DNA of 64,000 nt from Candidatus Aenigmatarchaeota archaeon (GTDB lineage: Archaea; Aenigmatarchaeota; Aenigmatarchaeia; CG10238-14; SpSt-28): assembly GCA_038997165.1 (NCBI GenBank), contig JAWBAK010000001.1:32001-96000 (forward strand), in the 5' to 3' direction. The notes beneath the pieces are model-generated. The model saw only the letters and a program-made list of their open reading frames with translations, was not told where the DNA came from and made no database searches. Positions 53,001 through 54,843 of the stretch are shown here, piece by piece; positions within the stretch are counted from its first letter, which is position 1; every line of letters begins with the position of its first letter. The translations under genes and the position numbers were made by a program.

Positions 53001-53608
53001 TTTTTGAAATGAAACCACCAGAATCGAAAGAACTCAAACTATTATTAATATACGATGAAATTCATAGAACTTTACCAAAATATGGAGGTAAAGGTGGTTA
53101 TATAGCTATTGAAAGGGGAGCAAGAGAATTTAGAAAATGGGGAATTGGATTATTCTTAATATCTCAAGTATTGTTAGACTTTAAAGGAGCAATTAGAGCA
53201 AATGTTGCTACAGAAATTCAATTAAGAACAAAATATGAAGGAGATATAAATAGAGTAAAGCAAAAATATGGAACAGATTATGCAAGCAAAGTTACTAAAT
53301 TGACAATTGGTACTGGAATTGTTCAAAATCCTGAATATAACAATGGTAAGCCTTGGATAATTCAATTTAGACCTATTTTACATTCAACTTTCGCATTATC
53401 AAAAGAAGAGCTAGATACTTATATGAATTTAAGAAAGAAGTTGGAAGCATTTGAAAAAGAAGTTGAAAATCTTAAGGCAAGAGGAATTGATACTTTCGAT
53501 ATAGAAAATGAAATAAAACTTGCTTGGGATAGATTGAAGCAAGGAATGTTTAGAATGGTTGAAACATATATTGAAAGTATTGAAACAAATCTCAAACGTT
53601 ATAAATAA
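26060..53608 (+). CDS. Giant surface protein (9182 aa) with C-terminal HerA/DUF87-like P-loop ATPase
   Basis: Uninterrupted 27.5-kb ORF with an N-terminal signal helix, repeat array and probable TM near 52420-52490. ATPase motifs: MHTIAAGGTGSGKT, VIVFDP, LLIYDEIHR, REFRKWGIGLFLISQ. Confidence 0.92.
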   Translation: MLFNIKVKLQTASIFSIALFLLSILGYLNYTGFFVLENDINISAEITNNCAGEESTIRILFEKEINEVEISFLNFTEICYNCKYFEKNILLPEDEKIEIKVKYENNEKFFEFPIYKKEFSFEVNVSENILKVFGEAKCYNSLNLKIYFENETIKENYLEVKDGKFYFETYLEKAGKYNIEIENISKEIELKPKIKIEKIEFPQEIFEDFEIKVYVKALYGNILNASITLKNVEENFIFSEPLQKVIEEINENEFAIISWNLKAKNCGNYSLEVFAESSESYDYKKIDLLVKCLENITKQNINLNAFLLIENVTKGKKEFKLIKIFGNVSLDEKLITSNVNVKIKDPKGNVIFENKSYSESFEFVFEFLPKIFGKYYAEIYAENEYGNISKTLSFEITGEIKAKLKIKKEKFNYNLGEKATFEIEFEEELSENIKIKAYLVDAEGNEKEVEIYEKDGKYFVDLDFGRSFRPGLYKLKVKTIEEKFVEKGKGLFKILEKQEEILSEEEVEFGVGLVVVNTPKSIYLVNETARIIIGVVNEVGKRVTDAKIDILIRSPSEKIYRFSTSTNSVINNEDGTYEAYLKDLDEVGNYTIFVVVNADNFIVNQSSFFEVRNFVEIDVEREMPTLSDIASIFEVKLKIIPKINISNVSVIETVPKGFPHITAKNAKIESGEKEYKIVWNFDKLIANEKIELIYSVENYFESPIIFEFGPLIINSSESNFVELKEWSLIVTDVIYYAIFWEFYRGSEAAHHMALCRGMNYTIRFSIVDTAMDEDMAADQLGYLRIKLESEGSFQTLPYKGFISQNPQTVEGTKNDANTCSATGGTDPCVYNLVWHLNISKDAPVGLHMLQLYLSSTPQAPRYLTDRINIYVTDCDPIGLVRDALILGPQDSVEVNQKAPNFYSYRVIAGSLARFVLPLKNYGSETVNANVSIRILSGENEVNWYFPEGNTQSITLSPNEEKIVVWKTWVPDDASGTYTALFTIQAKDKTITIKRDFNVYTFPIVIYQASPDWIIARRGGIKYRTVSICNYGDYNLTANITEINSMQGGTSVTVSPSANISTATRIEWWQRSIPTSRCFIYNVTYRNPSTTEIDPGYEEFVVMVTYFNPSNNLIETLSDIFSTIQIDANDKPLLNVRLFPTLIIANDTQVSLVISNNGRNVGINIGQIRLYIPAGFIPYQFSLTPDQGYPIGSAEEGWIVTWTPYSTNSYLYSIDATSSVTLTFRVNVSDIRNFSPGGKIFTVTISGYPTATNTGTLRMLHFPTAKFAVVREGPLLKTVRYYNTTPTDEQLNFPLFFACGNFSTKLQVFNKGNLPAYNFRINETKSDILKTHPGDLIFYGFNPSNPYLEQSKLISWDGGINFIATGKDNAINFTYSIFVPYQTNGTFSFQALALNNTFSFFDEEYIISISCGASLSIDQIRIRKGEYPEPTIYVNDIFNISANIYNDGPGNASNVIVWINYTNVTQIRGLENLKIYNSNGEESNIIYLGNILPKETKIAFNDYYFTVNTSGVSPGIIRFCINANATENSTIVSSCRDITINAPPALIELENPIAISKETGSSFGSWSFNFTFNVSVRVSNSENDVQICAWFSKTGMEPFKLIGCDIYPAPGNNIGSWRNYSFEYSPSCEDIGNPVFIKFNATNFAGSSNSTTLPFTITKSKIVFDEILGNNTETRRGKMPTILGVRVKDINGTYISNLPLRFYVSLNEIVFDAGNTVYTNESGYANYNFLAVCTPKYLVGYQKWKAELKDNECYFDNSTENYFDLRVLVTGDILLYIVRPDGSTNYTQEDTITFLGYVTDDCGDPLTASVIFFANHSIESFECSDVTQVGSNAYTCDWHTEITTPMGWYNVSMYVEKEFHYSNWSIKAKDPGLFYLEPIYKLEDPQAYPIREGWGYKNWNFSVFASSGDSENEFDVNIYLGDLWPPAKPCEECINITPKTCFNCYKQLVVFLRNFTAYEIGTWYYRFSLGPTSTTQVKYVIVEKDDTTMEYVSGNNSIVIRNSQPALLSVRVFDLDANTYELNPPALVTFKLYDEKYPNGYKVIGSVYTNSSGYANLLLNITECTGWLEGIQKWSAEIDDNDNYYKKSSIGNFTIEIQLPGCQPQVYIYSIELPKEAFQYKNFTIVTYVTSWVGDAEGVYINITLPDGWYTDEQTKYLGKIYANEFKKIYWNVYASTFGEGKAIFYINSSNAGYKRLESNNIVVYKFSQSTINSIININSNDFEILEFDCETGNYRIANLTIKISENSNNSTLKIESFNSSNWIKIENNLEVISNSFYFIPILANQISSNSDGKCLVKITNVGDKNVIIESATLTSYYNETLKIDGIKVLVNNFEVESIDKTESSFNISVRIGNSLDINKDGNLTLKILKDGKEIYSNYKEFTINANSFTFINFTDIQTSNWEEGIYEIIAILNSSNEIKLLKREIVFSEIKIDITSPKYQCNSSTEKIYLEIYQPLEDYISYNISLQIPNNWDYNPKYIYLEPKGKGFYFAEFNLTAFSEIEEDYQIIIVINYTYANNTKSLIKPINIKVSPNIPILEIIRELPSLVSTSIVFKPRIVIHNKGCGIANNVTIKEYISAGWIGANPSIAKNEYANDPEVSDKDVDLIYSETDLINNILTWQLSDIKPNKYAVLTYQIKAPPTLFTAGYLKYNISWNNEYYIEEKIPSKVYTYRYPEESHLEFDLIAIQTLEYPWPEVRSIQVNREYNFTLKVTNIGDINTNNDWTIKLYIPKECEVINVENGIWNESERKIVWSLPNISTYQTSYFNFTLKCNEEKQYVLIAEGIRDTRSKVSFENSTSIYCESYSKPAYCYSKLDYILAKPTNARYEKLSNITIEFLNKYSGNNLTIGNSYIKIFDDLLNEHIIWQDYSFEEKNEIKTKQLIIYENQENFVSNIKTFEISSYSDATENTYTNISILKIYYTWDLGKLFNETQNLFIKSKVYDYTPLFRNAKLYINGNDSIKVGGWGEKFEFSVEVRDRFGRDVIVRMYHRKVGGEWSLVDEKVCYSCLEWTQFNFSYDYDYTDISNWEFKFEGINSDGISEYYGFVYTVEKDDVELTPIQPQWNETVLRAYGYNFTIYAFDIDNKTIPYVLEDYKAFVALGQYGNNLTYKIYTLSPSINESGYIILKVTNTEFCNPANNYYLGQNYWFGGIQGSAYYKDVNTRIPPYNALPYVLIGSLYNNIIYPINVNFSFELDTITLRGVVYDDCGNIRADEDMYVYFNLTNGDYNYQCIATRVGNEFQCTFNPRSLNAPLGWYNISMYSSKPLHTDGIYSVNNAFFLASIPKIINISINPFGGPWGLSPFNFSAYIIDEDGNFVNITHYLRKVPEQYFVAYIDNCTNCNYYLTSFLRNFVCDYENIEVGEWRYKIETKDEAGFSNTSQEISFTIEKEPINISLFESVPLINRSNVPNSKAYNLSVTIFDTILNRNVTEIPFVYLKLEGPATFTYEMEKDETQEKYYYEFLPGCSYPVGEYKWYSYVLNDYCYQNARSENYTINIYGSLSVNIISPTDYQIIPEGQSVTIRSNIIDDCGVSITNANVYYILRNERTQEEFRCPESGFANYDGTSYVCNFNTSGKPGGNYTIIAYASRNYYWDSLAIKENAFFLVTPVRIINVTMNYEHDGSWGEIHNFTALIDHYNDVIVCLLEKPIDAQEYQVTECKYVENPSGGKKVTFNRRYTCSNFVRSQFWNYKINATEPGVPSSYSESQEYQHMLQKNDLSLIIYYNDSEAKRYGDQRARLIVYAYDLDQKQAAYVSAYNSPNIKFNVYNGSSFVFVGANSTNSSGYSTLFFKPDCSFDVGIKEWYAYTEADACYKNVISDRSNITIVGLLNPYLVSPINEEYTRYAELYINLSAIVKDECNLITFENATVTFIAKSVAFGSEYLCSDVTYSNGYYNCSLNATLIEEGWYNVNVTASNVLYYDDYYYLQTNSFKIIHSLVPPVLSNEYAYPEQDGGWGERWYFRVNVSDLNGDDVNIYLWISRDRSNWELVNQTICYNCGYERTIELSYKGFTCEDYLNRPIYFKFNATDAYNSTDRNPIALYLDKNDLRIEYYSGNESKIIRNVGGILQARIYDLDFGDYADSQVALYVTTDRNNYKLVAINNSLNSIATLFFNPTCEFDVGLQYWKIGSYNDACYKNVNSSDFNLYVIGNIDANITYPKGDKFLRGSNVTLNISIFDECSENIPLENTKINITMISNRDKSIRYCTEIIELGNGLYSCTFNSSNFTPNYYNVTLNISKELYTNKTKTFSNVFWIETNPILFNLRAIPNVLGWGETLTIKVNFTDEDLDTHTINVYLIKSDYSRVRTRNILNVQGINVEASTQFTFTSADIGDWFVIVNVTDDFGIAEINTSITIEKDDTIIEYISGNNSIVHRIHNTTTFELRAIDIDNPSNNIYYQPAGFWVTSDYVNYIYIGTVYTGNNGYFNITFDPDCRFETGIQKWKGGLLENPNWKTSNSSEYFVIIVSDLSGNIIQPDGNILLRGVDSLNIRATVSDECKYVNGADVYFVVGNENINITCDNVINDNLGNYTCSLSSSTLEILPYGWNNITMFARKDFYENELVITKQNAFYLADKPKIEDVYVTSATWRWGTVFEFVGKLYDLDPDNKTVYLWISRDGSNWRLINQTTYYGPTPPGGVDIKLSFIPTCNDVGNWYFKFNVTDTSGYSSETFGYQFEILKRPAVISAISGLNKIIQREGSVSTTLRIKAIDAIDGANINNAKIKFITINKTGHEVTYETWTNQSGIASYIFDPDCSYGANKTYWKAILYNNSCYEDTVSPNFDIYIYGKLYNNLVAPSQGSTFPSRTTFNISYYITSDCSDEGLIENANAEIKVYDPLNQEIICTPIIEENGYYNCTFDTTGKRAGVYSITLNSTKQYYFGSYTNYPNWFSIYNSPPTYSNISVSPSIAPWTSILNFSVYVSDADNDVVRCSLEIKKGYSYIEVATMEINGNGLCSFLISDFSCDDIGTNYFRFSLSDGYNDIVYTEEQSFELTKSPVVLNLISGNGTSVRRNIASTNLRISVFDLVKNSLVGTSILPEAYVKFNITFDSLNYINLDEVSTTSGYAEVMFSPDCSFSAGTQYWYAYISENDVCYEFNQTNNFEVYVIGSLNPSIIEPTNLFKVYKGNNVSIRANIQDDCNENVSVDFIQINPISRITGQMFNCIVSEENIGIYNCSFETVDKPAGAYDIRVNVSKQYHVSAIYTESNAFFIETYPSLTNPSVTPIVEGWGKTRTFSITASDEDRDALYVCLYYRPKGSEDWSLASCRTKPSGIASQTLTFSRTFSCDNLLGQESIEYEFFFNVTDDDNNIAESEIKNFTLERDDISVSLAESYVEYNRSSTEKASLIISIRDLDANSYATRAVNATLYVTRIPGTTNYFIDNVYINRNPVLGNITFYFPQQNKCLYKVGPQKWYVSINSSCYKPANSPIGTLNITSLPLNSTLIYPIGEYFPQGYNIPITVEVYDDCEKVDGASLSIEVINPNNETIECYPVSNLGNGGYRCSFSDTYLLGSYTIKTQANKQYYPEGYINEFPNAFFITSAPFIDSTEVYASRTSSEEGGWGDTWFFKIRVYDEDQSFIEFEKLNISLYIDFGNGYEYISSQICEAPECASLKEFVFTHTFDCSKIGDNKKFKFIVRDFFNNTVESAEGYFNILPDEPQITILRKPTRINREGNFADMFNISVIDVDRGVPANATLTLFITTDSSNFNFYVNLNSVNGIATYSFDPDCRFSAGIQYFKVSTNDSCYKLKTSDIDEFEIIGSLQNYIIYPYRNSDILIEFGKIENITLNVKDECENDIENANVNLNAIWPNNYIENIPVYEENSGIYNATWNLSRKIGGYYSFVFNSSKEYYNSNSTLFLNWIYLNNTPPIIENISVNPLVGGWGETFTFSADVFDIQRDDVVCKLYVYTGKNTWLYKGSVTIKDGVGKCIINVSDFDCSDINVTSLNMFKFEISDVNNVFNTTEIFAPAIGKNDVEIYYVFGNNSFVNRAYYNTTLLSLRIFDKIKNTFVGSNVRGFVKVTKDGSNYGEEIINYTNSSGYLNVYFDPSGDYEVGIQKWLGGVLNDNCYLDKNSEEYYLTILGEIALSYFGIDREDARYLKPKDDITITIALQDDRGSYINDANVNITLIDEFNNKYICPISNLGGGTYQCSISTSVLAARWYNVSILAKKEYHLDLNVTFSNVFFIETEPKVYNISAISEENSNIGGWGETWKFVAIFEDEDLDRNEIWIQIKPENSENWYTVNSTIISGINKTTIELIVKDPGLLQQYLGIWNAQFYSIDNRGYISYSEIINFTVEKNDVRIELVEGNNSTVWRNNTESVTLKVRIYDLDQKIYVSSPSAKTYFFITYDGNVFDEGRETYTDNEGYSYIDFDPDCRYKTGVQKWVVKIINDTYYKDSSSQNFTLNIYSTLIPNVTFPDGHAFLVGELVPINVSLRDECEYVNKASVTIRVRYLATTYTCTPVNNIDNGIYNCVWDSSGKAYGGYDVIAIASKSFYASNSTTKPLAFYLASIPQLSNASVNPLVGGWGETFTFSVRLTDLDRNQNNVTLWKSYDNQSWIYVTSKLVTPTYAGYLVSFVVTFDCEDLLNGPLVYFKFSSKDQFGYYNESGIINVTFEQNDASLSIIEYNSSVRRLENNISYFLLRVYDSDRKVYPNNTEVTLYITENGNDYTIEIINQTYLGNVSFYYDPTCSSNVGIQKWYAKITDVCYKNVNTTERALTVIGQLYIDILNPKNNQILNRNTTYYFNSSVYDECNLIIDNANVSWFFGNTRIGTTYNVTYTIPFNYKLGLENVKANTSRIYYDPNEKVINVYVYGFADLTEIYPQTNSKFLAGEIVNLVCRVMDKNLNVPIEGYTVYFYRNDTLIGSSLTNSSGYATFSWSTVNELAGFVEMKCRITNDDIKYYNASISEISSLIRIRRPITIREISVTPNEIYRNDTFSPNIATIKVRTYDSIIAATSNAIVYFYNETDLIGNCTPDSFGYCSITYNPPNETNVGIKYIYINATPTIEGRENSDTYITSFIAKGKLYIQILEPSNSSIFAKSSTVNIRTYVTSENGENIPALYPNSRVNITNSSSIIGFAYPTGEANIYAGSFNLLDQKTGWLNISTIINIPYYDSAVDSIWILVTGLAGVEFTFPSNNQEITYPSTIYPTCLVKDLDSEIGIENYPVEFYYKTSSSDWIYVSTEITNSSGLANISFTTPSKGEFYFKCVISDNATLVYSAIYNESIVRILVKDLTPPEILETSISPTYDIEANRDFVNISAVVSDNIGISEVWAMIGLPNGSSVRVNMNKISGNLTYGFYSAIYIPPIGGEYNVTVFAKDLPPEANVNSSFAGIFYVFGKTNLELNVFPENIIADGITIYNGYPFEIIINVSNLGPATAYDLNITLFDDSGRIEYSTNIITISNISRYINISQMIMARVKEATPAQTINIFVNLSWRNPDLTYNYTVKRIFVIVAENPKLEIKPEYINEVVEHDTIKIIGSVNITNIGNVPITEILLSTDLNTPFYMYCLNCSISLFPTYQGFLAMGQSFISEITVSIPAGQDPGSYWSRILVSSKEAATVYSIINITVPINNSWIIDKEISGIILAPLGTKKEIDKINFSNIGNVNVTISIYLSGRGAELVRVENRSSFSFVLPKQKERLVSFSYDIPKTKNEGLYDVRVVMVSTDGYPNLREFIFTLNVTDIPPIIENVTFSKTDFEINETINVTAKIYDNIELDKAWINISYPNNTYEIKLLKKLQDDIFYENISSRIAGEIKISICANDTKGLTSCTEEFIIRAHSKTILDVLSEKIVFENVTLRNSQTKTVILNLTNLGFARAFNVSIKGEDEIFDITLTNVSLILAREIIPVIVNITALNGTYSGNYSAKINITWINLDGSIESKISLIPIEVLPVHLIEIENKTEYIKNNEERIVNISLSAVGNVNETNITLICSANCELFKIDLNETIDNIALGETIEIPIRVFVPSDLESGEYMVELKAYNEFTSATGYLKIIVPINISWEIYPIYEEIESVQGEELFRNITIRNTGNLRLLLNLSSIAINGSNFIYFENDKNFTTISLRVGETKIIPIKIVVPIVYDYSIFENRIVSLNFTTQSGLITKNSTFILKIHPLFVKIIEPTESNPLKRVVAGDTIYAKVNVSYGNETLTSNVSFQIFLSNETYRHEIENFTAQFLVIEKLWLLTFIAPNLTEGIGYDLIVNATYLLKNVSKIDVEPKSIIYLDTIPPEIEIIIPARIRVNTSAIFWFNITDLGGVESANAIIIKPDSNISEYNLTFVKRIGSTYIYKLEFNETDQIGRYVINVIAYDKSGNKAEKSAIFDVRPLIFFSGIAKDEESIDYVPLNVTFELYPAGRYEMLYRIVPDEEGYYNETIEAMYYDIVYKFFNESLVISNIGLFDDVFNPIVLGIPREVILPREAIKGYVLDSILKSSSTLIFDISNLDARKHDLRLLGIYHCANWTRYIGCNSTWIRLNSIVSLQSLKVYATNISEIKGAYILAQYVCGNGICEDRFGESNAICPLDCPAAGAPGIPAPGIGAPGIGAGVGIPAVPAAPGVGIGVGAGAPTITIPPYEIFTKEISVTLKPKEHIIVSVDIGNNRNKDIKVKFKPEGLIWEFVQLEANEIEIKASQRGTIKMKIFAPEEKMPGIYTGDLVVYIENETYRIPVTIKIELPPEPLLDVIINVLRKTIEPNETLKVFVRVVNMGQTEKVEDIVLTYIIKDLLTGELYNVYKETIAVETATSFTREITLPEGIKLDRKYLIEVNASYWYGRKYAYAADTFEVVSLPIPLKILRSLLLNPVTYIVTFGIAPTAYLAQKALQAYKLRKLKEKRYALPIDFDKLPKAGPNSIEVGKIAETDVKAYFDMKQLIMHTIAAGGTGSGKTISAMVVAEELLKRNIPVIVFDPTAQWTGFIKPNKDPTMQAFYKQFGLKPEDARGFKTNIIVVEDVDMPLDIKKYMNPGEITVFVLNRLKADELDKFIRRSIEAVFEMKPPESKELKLLLIYDEIHRTLPKYGGKGGYIAIERGAREFRKWGIGLFLISQVLLDFKGAIRANVATEIQLRTKYEGDINRVKQKYGTDYASKVTKLTIGTGIVQNPEYNNGKPWIIQFRPILHSTFALSKEELDTYMNLRKKLEAFEKEVENLKARGIDTFDIENEIKLAWDRLKQGMFRMVETYIESIETNLKRYK
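30690..46480 (+). repeat. Degenerate protein-level repeat array of about 14 units of ~325 aa in the giant ORF
   Basis: GGWGE-like motif near 30745, 31730, 34945, 35942, 36920, 37915, 38868, 39815, 40775, 41729, 42724, 43691, 44665 and 45621 (approximate). Spacing is about 950-1000 nt except for one ~3.2-kb gap. Confidence 0.85.
43675..45653 (+). repeat. 47-bp identical direct repeat (43675-43721 and 45607-45653)
   Basis: TGTTAATCCATTAGTTGGTGGATGGGGAGAAACGTTTACATTTAGCG in both copies; a 21-bp core also occurs at 44664-44684. Confidence 0.9.
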
Positions 53609-53610
53609 TT

Positions 53611-54843
53611 ATGAAAGAAGAATTATTAAAACAAAAAAAAGAGATTGAAGATTTATTAAATGAAATTGAAAATAGTTATAGAAAAGGTGAAATAAGTGAA
53701 GAATCCTACAAAGAAATTATTGAAGAAAATAAGAAAAAATTGGAAGAAATAGAAAAGAAATTAAAAGAAATAGGAGAAAAAAGAGAGGAGAAAAAAGAGA
53801 AAAAAAGTAGAATAGAAGAAATTATTGAAAGAGTCTTTAAAGTAGAGAAAGAAGTTTCTTCAAAAGAAATTAAAAAGGTTCAAGAAGATTTATCAAAAGT
53901 TAGTGTAGAATTAGAAAAAACAAAAGCATTGATCGATACACTTAAAGAAATGAAACAAACAACAGATGAAAAAATTATAAGAATTACAGAAAATATTGGT
54001 GAGTTGAGATCTATGTTAGTTGCGAGAGAATCTAAGGTTAGAGAGTTAGAAGCTAATGTTGAAAGAATGAAAGAAGTTATAAAGGAAATTGAGCCTGAAA
54101 AGTATATGAAAGAATTGAATAAAATAAGAAAAGAAATTGAGTTATTTAGAGCTAAGGTTGAAAAAGTTGAATATTTAAGTGGAGAAGCTGCGAAAGCTGT
54201 TAAAGAATTGCAAATGCAATTAAAGATAATAGGAAATGTTGAAAATTTAGCAAAATTAAACAAAGAATTGCAAGATAAATTAAAAGAAATTCAACTGATC
54301 TCACAAAAAATCGAAAATATGTCGGCTAAAATCGAATCTATATTTGTTGAGCTTAACAAAAAAATGAGAGATATAGAAATTTTAAAGGATAAAGTCGACG
54401 TACTATTTCAAAATTACAATGAGCTTAGTAGAAATGTTAACGATGCAATTAATAAATTAGAGAATTTTGTTACAAAAAACGAATTTAATAGCTTTAGAGA
54501 TTATGTAGGTAATTTAGAAAAGCAAATAGTTGAAGCTGAAAAGAAAAAAGAGAAAAAAATAGAAGAGGAAGCAACAAAAAGAATTAAAGAAATTGAGGAA
54601 GAAATTGAGGGAATTAACTTATTAATTCAAAGTTTAGAAGAAATGTTAAATGAAGGAAAAATTTCTAAAGAAGAATATGAAAGCTTAAAAAATACGCATA
54701 TTCAAAAAATTAGAAAACTAGAAGAGGAAAAGGAAAAAATATTGAATGATAGAAAAATGAGCAAAATTGAAATGAAATTAAGAGAACTATATGAAAGAGG
54801 AATAATAAGTGAGGAGCTTTATAAAAAACTTACTAAAAAATGA
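53611..54843 (+). CDS. Soluble coiled-coil protein with three SHOCT-like motifs
   Basis: E/K-rich heptads; YRKGEISEESY, LNEGKISKEEY, YERGIISEELY; no TM. Confidence 0.82.
   Translation: MKEELLKQKKEIEDLLNEIENSYRKGEISEESYKEIIEENKKKLEEIEKKLKEIGEKREEKKEKKSRIEEIIERVFKVEKEVSSKEIKKVQEDLSKVSVELEKTKALIDTLKEMKQTTDEKIIRITENIGELRSMLVARESKVRELEANVERMKEVIKEIEPEKYMKELNKIRKEIELFRAKVEKVEYLSGEAAKAVKELQMQLKIIGNVENLAKLNKELQDKLKEIQLISQKIENMSAKIESIFVELNKKMRDIEILKDKVDVLFQNYNELSRNVNDAINKLENFVTKNEFNSFRDYVGNLEKQIVEAEKKKEKKIEEEATKRIKEIEEEIEGINLLIQSLEEMLNEGKISKEEYESLKNTHIQKIRKLEEEKEKILNDRKMSKIEMKLRELYERGIISEELYKKLTKK

Noticed and set aside
52560..53608. Canonical HerA-NurA repair helicase or a conjugative element
   Set aside because: No HAS barrel, nurA, mre11, rad50, relaxase or integrase in the window; the domain is fused to a surface protein.
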